DNA of 64,000 nt from Candidatus Polarisedimenticolia bacterium. Its GTDB lineage: Bacteria > Acidobacteriota > Polarisedimenticolia > JACPZX01 > DASXTC01. This document shows, one piece after another, positions 1-9,088 of this stretch (its first letter is position 1; each line of letters opens with the position of its first letter). The position numbers and the translations under genes were made by a program. The stretch is from positions 6,625 to 70,624 of the forward strand of contig DATEEA010000083.1 in NCBI GenBank assembly GCA_035281445.1, read 5' to 3'. A model generated the notes under the pieces. That model saw nothing but the letters and a program-made list of their open reading frames with translations. It made no database searches and had not been told where the DNA came from.

Positions 1-98
1 TCGCGCGGATGCCCGGGCACGATCTCTGGATGGCCTTCTTCCGCGACTCGGAAGGGAACATCATGGCGCTGATGAGCGAGGTGCCTCATGCGGCCTGA
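1..98 (+). CDS. C-terminal fragment of a VOC (glyoxalase/bleomycin-resistance) family protein; 5' end lies outside the window
   Basis: The in-frame translation ends ...DLWMAFFRDSEGNIMALMSEVPHAA* with TGA at 96-98. The motif FRDxxGNxxxL is typical of VOC-family C-termini. The ORF is open at the window edge. Confidence 0.45.
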   Translation, partial: ARMPGHDLWMAFFRDSEGNIMALMSEVPHAA

Positions 99-131
99 GA
101 GGCCCCGGAGCCGGGCGACGCCAGGAGAGCC

Positions 132-1340
132 ATGATGTCGTTTCTTCGCCAGGTCCCCCCCATGGGGATCTACCGCACCCTCTACGCCTTCCTCGCGGCC
201 TTCGGCCGGCCGATGGGCGAGCAGGGGACCCATCCCTGGAGCCAGGGCTACCCTCGCACCGACCAACTCCCCGGCGGCCCTCCGATGCCTCGATCGGTGG
301 CCGTGGCCCCGGATCACCTGAAGTATCCCAAGGCATGGGGGCTCCCCGCGCTCAGGGAGGCCATCGCCGCCTACTACGCGCGGCACTATGGAGCGAAGAT
401 CCGGCCCGACAACGTCATGGTGTTCGCCGGGGGGAGGCCGGCGCTGGTCGCCGTGCTCTTCTTCCTGCACGACGACATCCTGGTGCGGGTCGCTTCCACC
501 GAGTACACGCCGTACTACGACATCCTGGAGCGGATGGGCCGCCGCTACGCGCTCGTGCCGAGCGGCGTGAGCAACGGCTTCAGGCCGCCGGTGCCGGACT
601 ACACCGCCCTGGATGGAGACCGGCGCCACCTCATCCTCATGAGCAACCCGTGCAACCCGACCGGGGTCGCGCGGGGACCGGACGAGATGGCGGCCCTGGT
701 CGGGGCCGCCTCCAGCGGCCGCGTCGGTCTTCTGGTGGACGAGGCCTACGAGCTCTTCCAGCAGCCGCCCGCCAGCGTCCTGGCCCACGTGGGGGACATC
801 GACGAGACCGACGTCTTCGTGGTCGGCGCCGCCACCAAGGGGTTCCAGGCGCCGGGGATCAGAGTGGGCTGGGTGGTGGCCGCCCGCGGGCACGTCGAGA
901 TCCTGGGGAACGTCTCGTCGTTCGGGATGGGAGGCGTCTCGCACCCCTCGCAGTGCTACGCGCTGGAGCTCCTGGAGGAAGAACGGGTGGCGCTGGCCCG
1001 GCGCGCCGTCCCCGGTTTCTACGCCTCGCAGCGCGCGCGCTATGCGGCCGCCTTCAGTGAGATCGGGCTCGACCTCTTCACCGGAGAGGGAGGCTTCTAC
1101 CACTGGTGCCGGCTGCCGGGAGGGCTGGACGCCGCCACGCTCAACCGCCGCCTCCATCCATCGGGGGCCGCGGTCCTGGAGGGGACCGACTGCGACATGG
1201 CGCGGCTGGGGAACGACTCCCCGCTGAGGTCCTTCTTCCGGTTCTCGTTCGGTCCGCTCGACCCGTCGTCGTTCGAAGAGGACGTGGCGATCCTGAGGTC
1301 GGCGCTGGTCACCCCGGCGGCGCGGCGGGATGCTCCTTGA
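132..1340 (+). CDS. Class I/II PLP-dependent aminotransferase
   Basis: A 402-aa ORF carrying the class-I aminotransferase motif NPCNPTGV, a Lys-containing region (VVGAATKGF) and the overall ~400-aa length of that fold. Confidence 0.8.
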   Translation: MMSFLRQVPPMGIYRTLYAFLAAFGRPMGEQGTHPWSQGYPRTDQLPGGPPMPRSVAVAPDHLKYPKAWGLPALREAIAAYYARHYGAKIRPDNVMVFAGGRPALVAVLFFLHDDILVRVASTEYTPYYDILERMGRRYALVPSGVSNGFRPPVPDYTALDGDRRHLILMSNPCNPTGVARGPDEMAALVGAASSGRVGLLVDEAYELFQQPPASVLAHVGDIDETDVFVVGAATKGFQAPGIRVGWVVAARGHVEILGNVSSFGMGGVSHPSQCYALELLEEERVALARRAVPGFYASQRARYAAAFSEIGLDLFTGEGGFYHWCRLPGGLDAATLNRRLHPSGAAVLEGTDCDMARLGNDSPLRSFFRFSFGPLDPSSFEEDVAILRSALVTPAARRDAP

Positions 1341-2715
1341 GGTAGGCCTCCGGCTTCATCATCCGCTGCGTGCGCAGCAGCACCCTGGTGAGATAGAGGG
1401 CCTCCGAGGGGCGGATCTGACGCATCCAGTCGATCCACCGCTTGCGCCCGCCCAGGCTCAGGATCGACCGGCGCCAGGTCTCCGCGTACAGCTCGAAGAA
1501 GCGCCGGGCCCCCAGCCGCGGCTCCCACAGGGCGTGGTGCATGTCGAAGCTCGACCAGGGCCGCCCGCGCAGACCCTCCCGCTCCCGATCGAACAGCTCG
1601 GTCCCCGGAAGAGGGGTCAGCAGCGTGTACCCCGCACGGTGGAATCCATGCCGATCCACGAAGTCCCACAGCTCCCGGAAGCGCGCCTCGTCCCAGCGAG
1701 GATCGACGACGAAGTTGCCGGTCACCTGGTAGCCCAGCGACCGGGCCAGCCGGGCCGCCTCCAGCGTGTCGCCGGTGGTGGCGTCCTTGGTCAGGTGCTC
1801 CAGCCCCCCGTCGGAGGCCGCCTCCAGGCCGAAGAAGATGTCGATCTCCCCGGCCAGCGGCCGCCAGGCCTCCAGGAGCTCCGGGTGGCGGGCCACCACA
1901 TCGCACCGGCTCTGCACCAGCATCCAGCGCTTGCGCACCCCCCGGCGCCGCAAGGCTCGCGCCAGCTCCAGGCTGCGCGCCGGGTGGTTCCAGAAGAGAT
2001 CGTCCACGATGAACACGTGGGGCCCGGCCGAGGCCATGTCCTGCACCACCGCTCCGGCGGAGCGCTCGCGGAACGACCGGCCGTAGAGCTGCCAGACAGA
2101 GCAGAACGAGCACCGGAAGGGGCACCCGCGCGCCGTCTCCACCGCCCAGACCGGACGGAAGAGCAGGCAGTGGTATCGGGCCCTGCGGCCGTCCAGAAGC
2201 GCCCGCGCCGGAAGCGGCACGTCGTCGAGACCGCCCCTCTCGCCGCAGGGGGTGGACACCCATCCCTCCGGCGTCCTCACCCTCAGCGACGGGACGCCGG
2301 TGACCGGGTGCCCCCTGGCCAGGGCGCCGGCCAGCGCCGGAGCGATCGCCTCGCCGTCGTCCACGGCCACGGCGTCGAAGGCGTCGGTCTCCAGAGGGCC
2401 GGGGTAGGCGGCGGCCGCGTGGCCCCCGGCCAGCAGGAACGCGCCGGGAGCCAGGCGCCGGGCACGGCGGGCCAGGGCTTCGGCCGCGCCGTACTCCAGG
2501 GCGTGCATGACCGAGACGCCCACCAGCGCCGGCCGGCTGCGCCGCACCCACGCCGCCAATCCCGGTCCGAAGCGCAGATCGGCCAGCCAAACCTCGTGGC
2601 CGGCGGCGGTCAGCGCGGCCGCGACGTACTCCAGGCCCAGCGGCTCCACGCGGAAGAAAGGGCCGAGTCCGAAGCGCTCGTTGCCCGGATCGGGGCGGAT
2701 CAGAAGGACGCGCAC
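1309..2715 (-). CDS. B12-binding-domain radical SAM protein
   Basis: A 468-aa ORF with a GTG start. The N-terminus resembles a cobalamin-binding domain (MRVLLIRPD...GLEYVAAAL..GHEV). It carries the CxxxCxxC radical SAM motif (ARGCPFRCSFCSV). Its 3' end overlaps the aminotransferase 3' end by ~30 nt (convergent). Confidence 0.8.
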   Translation of the reverse strand: MRVLLIRPDPGNERFGLGPFFRVEPLGLEYVAAALTAAGHEVWLADLRFGPGLAAWVRRSRPALVGVSVMHALEYGAAEALARRARRLAPGAFLLAGGHAAAAYPGPLETDAFDAVAVDDGEAIAPALAGALARGHPVTGVPSLRVRTPEGWVSTPCGERGGLDDVPLPARALLDGRRARYHCLLFRPVWAVETARGCPFRCSFCSVWQLYGRSFRERSAGAVVQDMASAGPHVFIVDDLFWNHPARSLELARALRRRGVRKRWMLVQSRCDVVARHPELLEAWRPLAGEIDIFFGLEAASDGGLEHLTKDATTGDTLEAARLARSLGYQVTGNFVVDPRWDEARFRELWDFVDRHGFHRAGYTLLTPLPGTELFDREREGLRGRPWSSFDMHHALWEPRLGARRFFELYAETWRRSILSLGGRKRWIDWMRQIRPSEALYLTRVLLRTQRMMKPEAYLKEHPAAPPG

Positions 2716-2757
2716 GTGTTGGAGGCTCCGCCCGCCCGGCGGCGACGGGGGGCGCGC

Positions 2758-2790
2758 CGATTCTGGGGCGGTTCGCTCCGCGTGTCAACG
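2758..2790 (-). promoter_or_regulatory. Candidate sigma70-type promoter for the radical SAM gene (TTGACA-17nt-CAGAAT)
   Basis: The minus strand reads ggcgTTGACAcgcggagcgaaccgcccCAGAATcgg: a perfect -35, a 17-nt spacer and a 4/6 -10, about 40 nt upstream of the GTG start at 2715. This is a sequence-pattern call only. Confidence 0.3.
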
Positions 2791-2797
2791 CCCGGCC

Positions 2798-5700
2798 TCA
2801 GGCCGCGGCGCCCCCCTCCGCCGCGCCGCCCAGCAGGCCCGGGCCGGCCTCGGCGGCGCCTTCCCCCACCAGCCTCCTGCGGGCGACCAGCACGTAGATC
2901 GACGGCACCACGAAGAGCGTGAACAGACTGCCGATGATCATCCCGCTCACCAGCACCGTGCCGATGCTGTTGCGCGCTCCGGCGCCGGGCCCCGTGGCCA
3001 GGACGAGCGGGAAGTGCCCGGCCACGGTGGCCGCGCTGGTCATGAGGATGGGACGCAGCCTCGTGCCGGCCGCCTCCACCACCGCCCTGAGCTTGTCCCG
3101 GCCGCGCTCCTGCAAGTGGTTGGCGAACTCCACGATCAGGATGCCGTTCTTGGCCACCAGCCCCACCAGCGTCACCAGGCCGACCTGGCTGTAGATGTTC
3201 AGCGTGGTGAATCCCAGGAAGGAGAACAGCAGCGCCCCGGAGAGCGCCAGCGGCACCGAGCCGGCCAGGATGATGAACGGGTCCCTGAAGCTCTCGAACT
3301 GCGCCGCCAGCACGAGGTAGATGAAGATCGCCGACAGGGCGAAGGTCCCCAGGAACCGGCTCCCTTCGGTGCGGAGCTGCCTCGACTCGCCGGCGTGGTC
3401 CATGCTGAAGCCGGGCGGGAGAATGGCGCGCGCCTCGTCCTCCAGGAAGGTCAGCGCCTGGTTCAAGGGGACATGAGGCGGGATGACCCCCTGGATCCTG
3501 ACCGCGTTGAGCTGCTGGAAGCGCTTCAGCTCGCGCGGCTCGGTGGACATCTCCAGGGTGGCGAAGGTGGAGAGCGGGACCAGCTTCCCCTCGGGGCCGG
3601 TCACGTGGATCGAGGCGAGCTGATCCGGAGTGAGCCGCCCGGCCCTCTGGATCTGGGGGATGACCTTGTAGCTGCGGCCCTGGATGCTGAAGCGGTTCAC
3701 GTAGTCCCCTCCCAGCATGGTGGAGAGGTCGCGCCCCGCCTGGCTCATGTCCACCCCCTGTGAGCGCAGCTTGTCGCGATCGAAGACCACCTCGGCCTGC
3801 GGCTGGTCGAACTTGAGATCGGCGTCGGCGAACAGGAACAGCCCGCTCTGGAAGGCCTTGCCGACCAGCGTCCCGGCCAGCTCCTGGAGCTGCCGGGGCT
3901 CGGCGGTGGAGGCGATGACCAGGTCCACCGGGTAGTCCCCTCCGCCGGGCAGCGACGGTGGGATGAGAGGGATGACCCTGATACCCGGGATGCGGGAGAG
4001 CTTCGCCCCCGCCTCGACCTGCATCTCCTGCGCCGTCTTCTCCCTCTCGCTCCACGGCTTGGTCACCATCCCCGAGAACCCCCCGGTGGGCATGGTGATC
4101 TGGAAGGTGCTGGACATCTCGGGGAAGGATCGGAACACGTCGTACACCTTCTGCGTGAAGAGCAGCGTCTGGTCGAGCGTCGCGTTGGGCGCCGCCTGCA
4201 CGATGCCGAAGACCACCCCCTGGTCCTCGGCGGGGGCCAGCTCCTGCTGGGACATCATGTAGAAGGGAACGATCAGCAGCACCACGATGCCCCACAGCAC
4301 CAGCATCACCGGGCGGTAGGCCAGGGTCCGCGAGAGCATCCGCGTGTAGCCGTCGCGCAGGGCGTCGAACCGGCGGTTGACCCAGCCGGCGAACCCTCTC
4401 TGGGTGTCCCCGGCCCGCAGCAGGCGCGAGCTCATCATCGGCGACAGCGTCAGCGCCACCACCCCCGACACGATGACCGCGCCGGCCAGGGTGAAGGCGA
4501 ACTCGCGGAAGAGGGATCCGGTCAGTCCCCCCTGGATGGCGATCGGGGTGTACACCGCCGCCAGGGTGATGGTCATGGCCACGATAGGCCCCACCAGTTC
4601 GCGCGCCGCGGCGATGGCCGCGCGCATCGGCGTCTCGCCCGCGTGCAGGTGCCGCTCGACGTTCTCCACGATGACGATGGCGTCGTCCACCACCAGCCCC
4701 ACCGCCAGCACGATGGCCAGCAGGGTGAGCAGGTTGATGGTGAAGCCGGCCACCAGGATCAGGAAGACCGCCCCGATCAGGGAGATGGGGATGGCCACCA
4801 CGGGGATGATGACCGAGCGCACCGATCCCAGGAACAGGAAGATCACCAGCACCACGATGAGCAGCGTCTCGCCGAGGGTGGTGAGCACCTCCCGCAGTGC
4901 GTTGCGGATGTACACGGTGGAGTCGTAGGCGACGGCCGTGGACATCCCCGCCGGGAGCTGCGCGGCGATGCCCGGCATCTCCTCGCGCACCCGGTTGATC
5001 ACGTCCAGCGAGTTGGCCGTGGGCAGGACCCACACCCCCATGAAGGTGGCGGTCTGCCCGTTGAAGCGGACGTCCTCGTCGTAGTTCTCGGCCCCCAGCA
5101 CCACGTCGGCGATCTCGCCGAGCCGCACCACGGTGCCGCCGTTCTCCTTCACCACGAGCTGGCGGAACTCCTCGGGGGTGCGCAGGTCGGTGTTGGCCAC
5201 CAGGTTCACCGACACCATGGACCCCTTGGTCCTGCCCAGCGCCGAGAGGTAGTTGTTCTCGGCCAGGGCGTCGCGCACGTCGGAGGGGGAGATCCCCAGG
5301 GAGGCCATCCGGTCCGGGTCGAGCCACACCCGCATGGCGAAGGTGCGATCCCCCAGGATGTCGGCCCGCTGCACGCCGCTCACCGCGCTGAGGCGCGGCT
5401 GCACCACGCGGGTCAGGTAGTCGGTGATCTGGTTCTGGTCGAGATCGGCCGAGGAGAAGCCGATGTACATCGCGGCGAACTGGTTGTCCGCCGTCTCCAT
5501 CTCGATCACCGGGGCCTCGGCCTCCGGCGGGAGGTCGTTGCGCACCTGGGCCACCTTGGCCTGGATCTGCGTGAGCGCCGCGTTGGTGTCGTGGTTGAGC
5601 TTCAGATGGATGGTGATGGTGCTCAGGCCCTGGGCGCTGGACGACTCGATGTAGTCGATGCCGTCCGCGCTGGCGATGACCCGCTCCAGCGGCGTGGTGA

Positions 5701-5887
5701 TGAACCCGCGCACCAGATCCGCGTTGGCCCCCACGTAGGCGGTGGAGACGCGGATCACGGCGATGTCGCTGCGCGGGTACTGCCTCACGCTGAGGGAGCC
5801 GATGGACTGCAGGCCGGCGATCAGGATGATCAGGTTGACCACGGTCGCCAGGACAGGCCGGCGGATGAAGATGTCGGTGAAGGCCAT
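2798..5887 (-). CDS. RND family multidrug/efflux permease (AcrB/HAE1-like inner-membrane pump)
   Basis: The product is ~1029 aa starting MAFTDIFIRRPVLATVVNLIILIAGL, with 12-TM RND architecture and large periplasmic loops. The start ATG overlaps the stop of the upstream membrane fusion protein gene (TGATG). The ORF track extends the frame spuriously to 6856. Confidence 0.9.
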   Translation of the reverse strand: MAFTDIFIRRPVLATVVNLIILIAGLQSIGSLSVRQYPRSDIAVIRVSTAYVGANADLVRGFITTPLERVIASADGIDYIESSSAQGLSTITIHLKLNHDTNAALTQIQAKVAQVRNDLPPEAEAPVIEMETADNQFAAMYIGFSSADLDQNQITDYLTRVVQPRLSAVSGVQRADILGDRTFAMRVWLDPDRMASLGISPSDVRDALAENNYLSALGRTKGSMVSVNLVANTDLRTPEEFRQLVVKENGGTVVRLGEIADVVLGAENYDEDVRFNGQTATFMGVWVLPTANSLDVINRVREEMPGIAAQLPAGMSTAVAYDSTVYIRNALREVLTTLGETLLIVVLVIFLFLGSVRSVIIPVVAIPISLIGAVFLILVAGFTINLLTLLAIVLAVGLVVDDAIVIVENVERHLHAGETPMRAAIAAARELVGPIVAMTITLAAVYTPIAIQGGLTGSLFREFAFTLAGAVIVSGVVALTLSPMMSSRLLRAGDTQRGFAGWVNRRFDALRDGYTRMLSRTLAYRPVMLVLWGIVVLLIVPFYMMSQQELAPAEDQGVVFGIVQAAPNATLDQTLLFTQKVYDVFRSFPEMSSTFQITMPTGGFSGMVTKPWSEREKTAQEMQVEAGAKLSRIPGIRVIPLIPPSLPGGGDYPVDLVIASTAEPRQLQELAGTLVGKAFQSGLFLFADADLKFDQPQAEVVFDRDKLRSQGVDMSQAGRDLSTMLGGDYVNRFSIQGRSYKVIPQIQRAGRLTPDQLASIHVTGPEGKLVPLSTFATLEMSTEPRELKRFQQLNAVRIQGVIPPHVPLNQALTFLEDEARAILPPGFSMDHAGESRQLRTEGSRFLGTFALSAIFIYLVLAAQFESFRDPFIILAGSVPLALSGALLFSFLGFTTLNIYSQVGLVTLVGLVAKNGILIVEFANHLQERGRDKLRAVVEAAGTRLRPILMTSAATVAGHFPLVLATGPGAGARNSIGTVLVSGMIIGSLFTLFVVPSIYVLVARRRLVGEGAAEAGPGLLGGAAEGGAAA

Positions 5888-7014
5888 CACTTGTCCTCGG
5901 GACGCGGCGCCGGATCGTTGCCCGGCAGGACGTCGTTGGCGATCTGCACCTGGGCGCCGTTGCGCAGCTTGAAGGCCCCCGAGGTCACCACCTGCTGGCC
6001 CTCCTCGATCCCCTCCAGGACCGCCACCTGGTCGCCGCGGCCGCTCCCCAGCTTGACGAACTGCTGCCGCACTCCCAGGTACGAGGACCCATCGGGGCGC
6101 CGCATCTCCTCCACGATGAAGACCGAGTCGCCGTAAGGCGCGTACTGCACCGCGCTGGCCGGCAGCGCCACCACGCTCTGCCCTTCGTCGAGCCGGGCCC
6201 TGACCTCCACGAACATCCCGGGGCGCAGGGCCCCGCCGGGGTTGGGGAGCGTCGCCCGGAGCTGGACGTTGCGTGTCGCCTCGTCCACGATGGAGTCCAC
6301 GGCGGTGATGGTCCCCGCGGAGCGCAGCCCGGCCCCGCCCTCCAGCGTCACCTCGACCTCTCCGCCGGCTCTGAGACGGCCGACCTGCTGCTGGGGCACC
6401 GAGAAGTCCACGTGGATCGGATCCAGCGACTGGAGGGGGGCGACCGGATCGCCGCTGTTCATGTACTGCCCCAGGTTGACCTGGCGGATCCCCACGAGAC
6501 CGGAGAACGGCGCGCGGATCGTCTTGCGGGAGATCGCCGCGCGGCTCTCGGCCACGCTGGCCTCGGCCTGCTTGGCCTCGGCCGAGGCCGCGTCCAGCTC
6601 GGCCTGCGACACCACCCCCTTGCTGCGCAGCCCGCGCAGCCGCTCCAGGTTGGCCAGGGCCAGCTCGCTGCGGGCCTGCGCCGAGGCGAGCTGCGCCTGC
6701 TCCTGGCTGGTGTCCAGGCGCACCAGGACCTGTCCTTCGCGCACCGGCCGGCCGGAGTCGAAGGCGATCGACTCCACCACCCCCGGGAGATCGGCTCCCA
6801 CCATCACCCCTTGCACGGCGGTGGCCGTGCCGATCGCCTCCCAGGCCCCTTGCCACCGCTCACGCCCGGCCACGATGGTGGTGACCGCCTCGGGGGGAGG
6901 CTGGTAGGCCGCCCCCTGGGCCATGGCCGCCTGGATCTGCCGGTACTTCAGCGATCCGATGGCCGCCAGGACGATCGCCGTGGCCGCCAGCATCAGGAAC
7001 ATCCGCTTCTTCAT
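5887..7014 (-). CDS. RND efflux periplasmic adaptor (membrane fusion protein, HlyD/AcrA family)
   Basis: A 375-aa ORF starting MKKRMFLMLAATAIVLAAIG (signal anchor), followed by coiled-coil, lipoyl and beta-barrel regions typical of membrane fusion proteins. Its stop overlaps the RND start and its start overlaps the OMF stop (ATGA). Confidence 0.9.
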   Translation of the reverse strand: MKKRMFLMLAATAIVLAAIGSLKYRQIQAAMAQGAAYQPPPEAVTTIVAGRERWQGAWEAIGTATAVQGVMVGADLPGVVESIAFDSGRPVREGQVLVRLDTSQEQAQLASAQARSELALANLERLRGLRSKGVVSQAELDAASAEAKQAEASVAESRAAISRKTIRAPFSGLVGIRQVNLGQYMNSGDPVAPLQSLDPIHVDFSVPQQQVGRLRAGGEVEVTLEGGAGLRSAGTITAVDSIVDEATRNVQLRATLPNPGGALRPGMFVEVRARLDEGQSVVALPASAVQYAPYGDSVFIVEEMRRPDGSSYLGVRQQFVKLGSGRGDQVAVLEGIEEGQQVVTSGAFKLRNGAQVQIANDVLPGNDPAPRPEDK

Positions 7015-8663
7015 CGCTCACGTCCTCCAGGCCGGGTCGATCCTTCCGCCGGTGCGTCGTCGTCCATCCGTTCGTCCTGCCCTGCCTCCATCTCGATGTC
7101 CACCCCCCGCTCCGCCAGGAGCGACCCGGTGGACCGGGCCATCTCCGCGCGCGCCGTCCGGTAGTCGGTCAGCGCCGCGATCTCGTCGAGCCGGGCCCGG
7201 GAAAGGTCGTTCTGGCGGGTGAGCACGAGGAAATTGGTGGACAGTCCGGCGGCGTAGCGATCGCGCTCCGAGGAGAGCTGCACCTCGGCCGCCTCGCGGG
7301 CGGCCCGCGCCGCCTGGATCCTCTGTCCCGCCGTGTCGATGGCGGCGGCGGCGTCCAGCACCTCGGCCCTCACCGCCTTGCGCAGACGGGCCAGGTCGGC
7401 CTCCGCCTGGCGCTGGGCGCTGCGAGCGCCCAGGGCCGCCGCGCGCGCGGCCCGGTTTCCGATGGGGAAGCCGAACACGAGAGAGGCCCTGGCATCGTCG
7501 AACTCCCCTTCGCCGAGCGTCTCGTACGACCGGCCGAGCCCCCCCTCCAGCCCCTCGGGGACCACCACGGGCAGGCCCGGGACCTCGTCGCCCCCGGTGT
7601 TGCGCGAGCCGGCGAAGCCCAGCCTGTCATAGGAGACAACGGCGTCGAGGGCGGGGCGGATTCCCTCCCGGGCGAAGGAGGCCTCGGCCCGGCGGCGCTC
7701 GATGGCCGCCTCGGCGGCCGCCAGCTCGGGGCGTTCGGCCAGGGCCCGGCGCAGCGACTCGGCGACGTCCACCGCCTGCAGCTCCGCCGTCATCTCCTCG
7801 CTGGGGACCAGACCCTCGGTCCAGAGCTCTTCGTCCCGGTCGTCCAGGATGCGCAGCTTCAGGCGGTTCTGCGCGCGCGACACCGTCTCGCGCGCCGCGA
7901 TCAGCTCACCCCGCCTGCGCTCCAGCTCGGCGCGGGGCTGGGCGATCTCGGTTTCGGGCGAGACGCCGTTCTCGATCCGGACGGAGGTCTCGGCGAGCTG
8001 CTCCTCGGCCAGGCGCACGGCCTCTTCCTGGACGGTGACCGCCCGGCGGGCCGCCGCCAGGTCCCAGTAGGCCCGTTCCACATCGGCCACCGCGTCCTGG
8101 AGCACCTGCCGCAGCCCGGCTCCCTCGCGGGAGCGGTCCGACGCCGCGATGCGGATCGTGACCCGCGCCTCGTCCAGCCCCCGGTTCCGCAGCAGCGGCT
8201 GGCGCAGCTCCACCCCCACCCTGGTGGCGTAGGAGGGAGACAGCAGCGCGAACTCGCTGTCGGTCGTCTCGCGCGACGCGGCCGCCCGGAGGGACACTTC
8301 CCCGCCAGTGGGCAGGAGCTGGCGGACCGAGGCGGCCGCATCGGCGATCTCGATGGTGGGGGCCGGCTGGCCGGCCGGCGCCCCGGAGAAGGGGGAGTTC
8401 ACCGGCTCGGTGGCGCGCCTCCATCCTCCTTGGAGCTCGAGCAAAGGATCGTAGGCGCCGCGAGCTCCCATCACCGCCGCCTCCGCGGCCGCCACCGCCT
8501 CGCGCTGGATGTCGATGTCGTCGCTGTTGCGCAGGGCCAGCACGATGGCGTCGCGCAGCGACAGATCGCGGTCCTCGGCCAGCGAGCCTCCCGCGGCTGA
8601 GGCGGCCGCGGCGGCCGCCACGACGGACGCCAGGATCCGTGGCGCCGCGGCCCGGCGCCTCAC
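7011..8663 (-). CDS. TolC-like outer membrane efflux factor (OMF)
   Basis: A 550-aa ORF with a signal peptide (MRRRAAAPRILASVVAAAAAASAAG) and a duplicated alpha-helical/beta-barrel repeat pattern of the OEP family. It is in an operon with the MFP and RND genes. Confidence 0.85.
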   Translation of the reverse strand: MRRRAAAPRILASVVAAAAAASAAGGSLAEDRDLSLRDAIVLALRNSDDIDIQREAVAAAEAAVMGARGAYDPLLELQGGWRRATEPVNSPFSGAPAGQPAPTIEIADAAASVRQLLPTGGEVSLRAAASRETTDSEFALLSPSYATRVGVELRQPLLRNRGLDEARVTIRIAASDRSREGAGLRQVLQDAVADVERAYWDLAAARRAVTVQEEAVRLAEEQLAETSVRIENGVSPETEIAQPRAELERRRGELIAARETVSRAQNRLKLRILDDRDEELWTEGLVPSEEMTAELQAVDVAESLRRALAERPELAAAEAAIERRRAEASFAREGIRPALDAVVSYDRLGFAGSRNTGGDEVPGLPVVVPEGLEGGLGRSYETLGEGEFDDARASLVFGFPIGNRAARAAALGARSAQRQAEADLARLRKAVRAEVLDAAAAIDTAGQRIQAARAAREAAEVQLSSERDRYAAGLSTNFLVLTRQNDLSRARLDEIAALTDYRTARAEMARSTGSLLAERGVDIEMEAGQDERMDDDAPAEGSTRPGGRER

Positions 8664-8896
8664 GGGCAGCCTTCCGTCAGGTCGGTCTTCTGGATGCGGG
8701 GGTCGAGGCGATCGGCGAAGTCGGCCAGGGCCCGGGGATCGAGCCGCAGCAGCGCCTGGCGCTCGCAGGGGTTCAGGTCGGCCCCCTCCGCGGCCATCTC
8801 GCCCAGCGCCGCGGCGGGATCCCTGGCGAACCGCCGGCGGAACGACTCGTCGGTCACCAGCCTGCCGACCACTCTCTCCACGCTGCGCTGACTCAT
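8660..8896 (-). CDS. Small protein (78 aa) with an NHLP/Nif11-like leader-type domain; first gene of the efflux operon
   Basis: The sequence MSQRSVERVVGRLVTDESFRRRFARDPAAALGEMAAEG... follows the nitrile-hydratase-leader-peptide pattern ERIIARAWSDPAFKARLLADPKAAL-AELG. A GGGAGA Shine-Dalgarno sits 6 nt before the ATG (~8896). The track ORF starts 10 codons earlier at 8926, which would overlap the predicted promoter. The stop overlaps the TolC start. Confidence 0.45.
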   Translation of the reverse strand: MSQRSVERVVGRLVTDESFRRRFARDPAAALGEMAAEGADLNPCERQALLRLDPRALADFADRLDPRIQKTDLTEGCP

Positions 8897-8924
8897 GATC
8901 GTCTCCCTTCTTGATCGGTCCCTC

Positions 8925-8943
8925 ATGTCAATCCGCGTGCCAG
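8925..8943 (-). promoter_or_regulatory. Candidate sigma-54 (-24/-12) promoter TGGCAC-N5-TTGAC upstream of the small ORF/efflux operon
   Basis: The minus strand reads ...ggccTGGCACgcggaTTGACatgagg. It has a perfect -24 TGGCAC with GG-N10 spacing, but GA instead of GC at -12. It lies ~45 nt upstream of the ATG at 8896, beside a sigma-54 activator gene. Chance occurrence in 70% GC DNA is possible. Confidence 0.3.
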
Positions 8944-9088
8944 GCCGGCCCGGCGCGGATCGGCGCCCTGCAAACCCGCGGCGCCGCTGGCCTTGCCGGC
9001 CCGCTTGCGGAGTCCGGAGCTGCGGCCGGGGCGCGGCGCGGGGTGTAGAGAATCCGACAGGTTGGCGAAGAAGCTTCAGGAAACCCGG

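Noticed and set aside
1097-6856. Long ORFs 1097..2788 (-), 1330..2922 (+), 2507..3763 (+), 2700..5327 (-), 4643..6136 (+) and the 5' extension of the RND ORF to 6856
   Set aside because: Low-complexity R/G/P/A-rich products in alternative frames of the radical SAM, RND and MFP genes. The RND protein clearly starts at MAFTDIF (5887), overlapping the MFP stop.
8927-8932. TTGACA hexamer as a sigma70 -35 for the efflux operon
   Set aside because: No acceptable -10 element 16-18 nt downstream (the sequence there is aGGGAGa, the Shine-Dalgarno). The same bases fit better as the -12 part of a -24/-12 element, though imperfectly.
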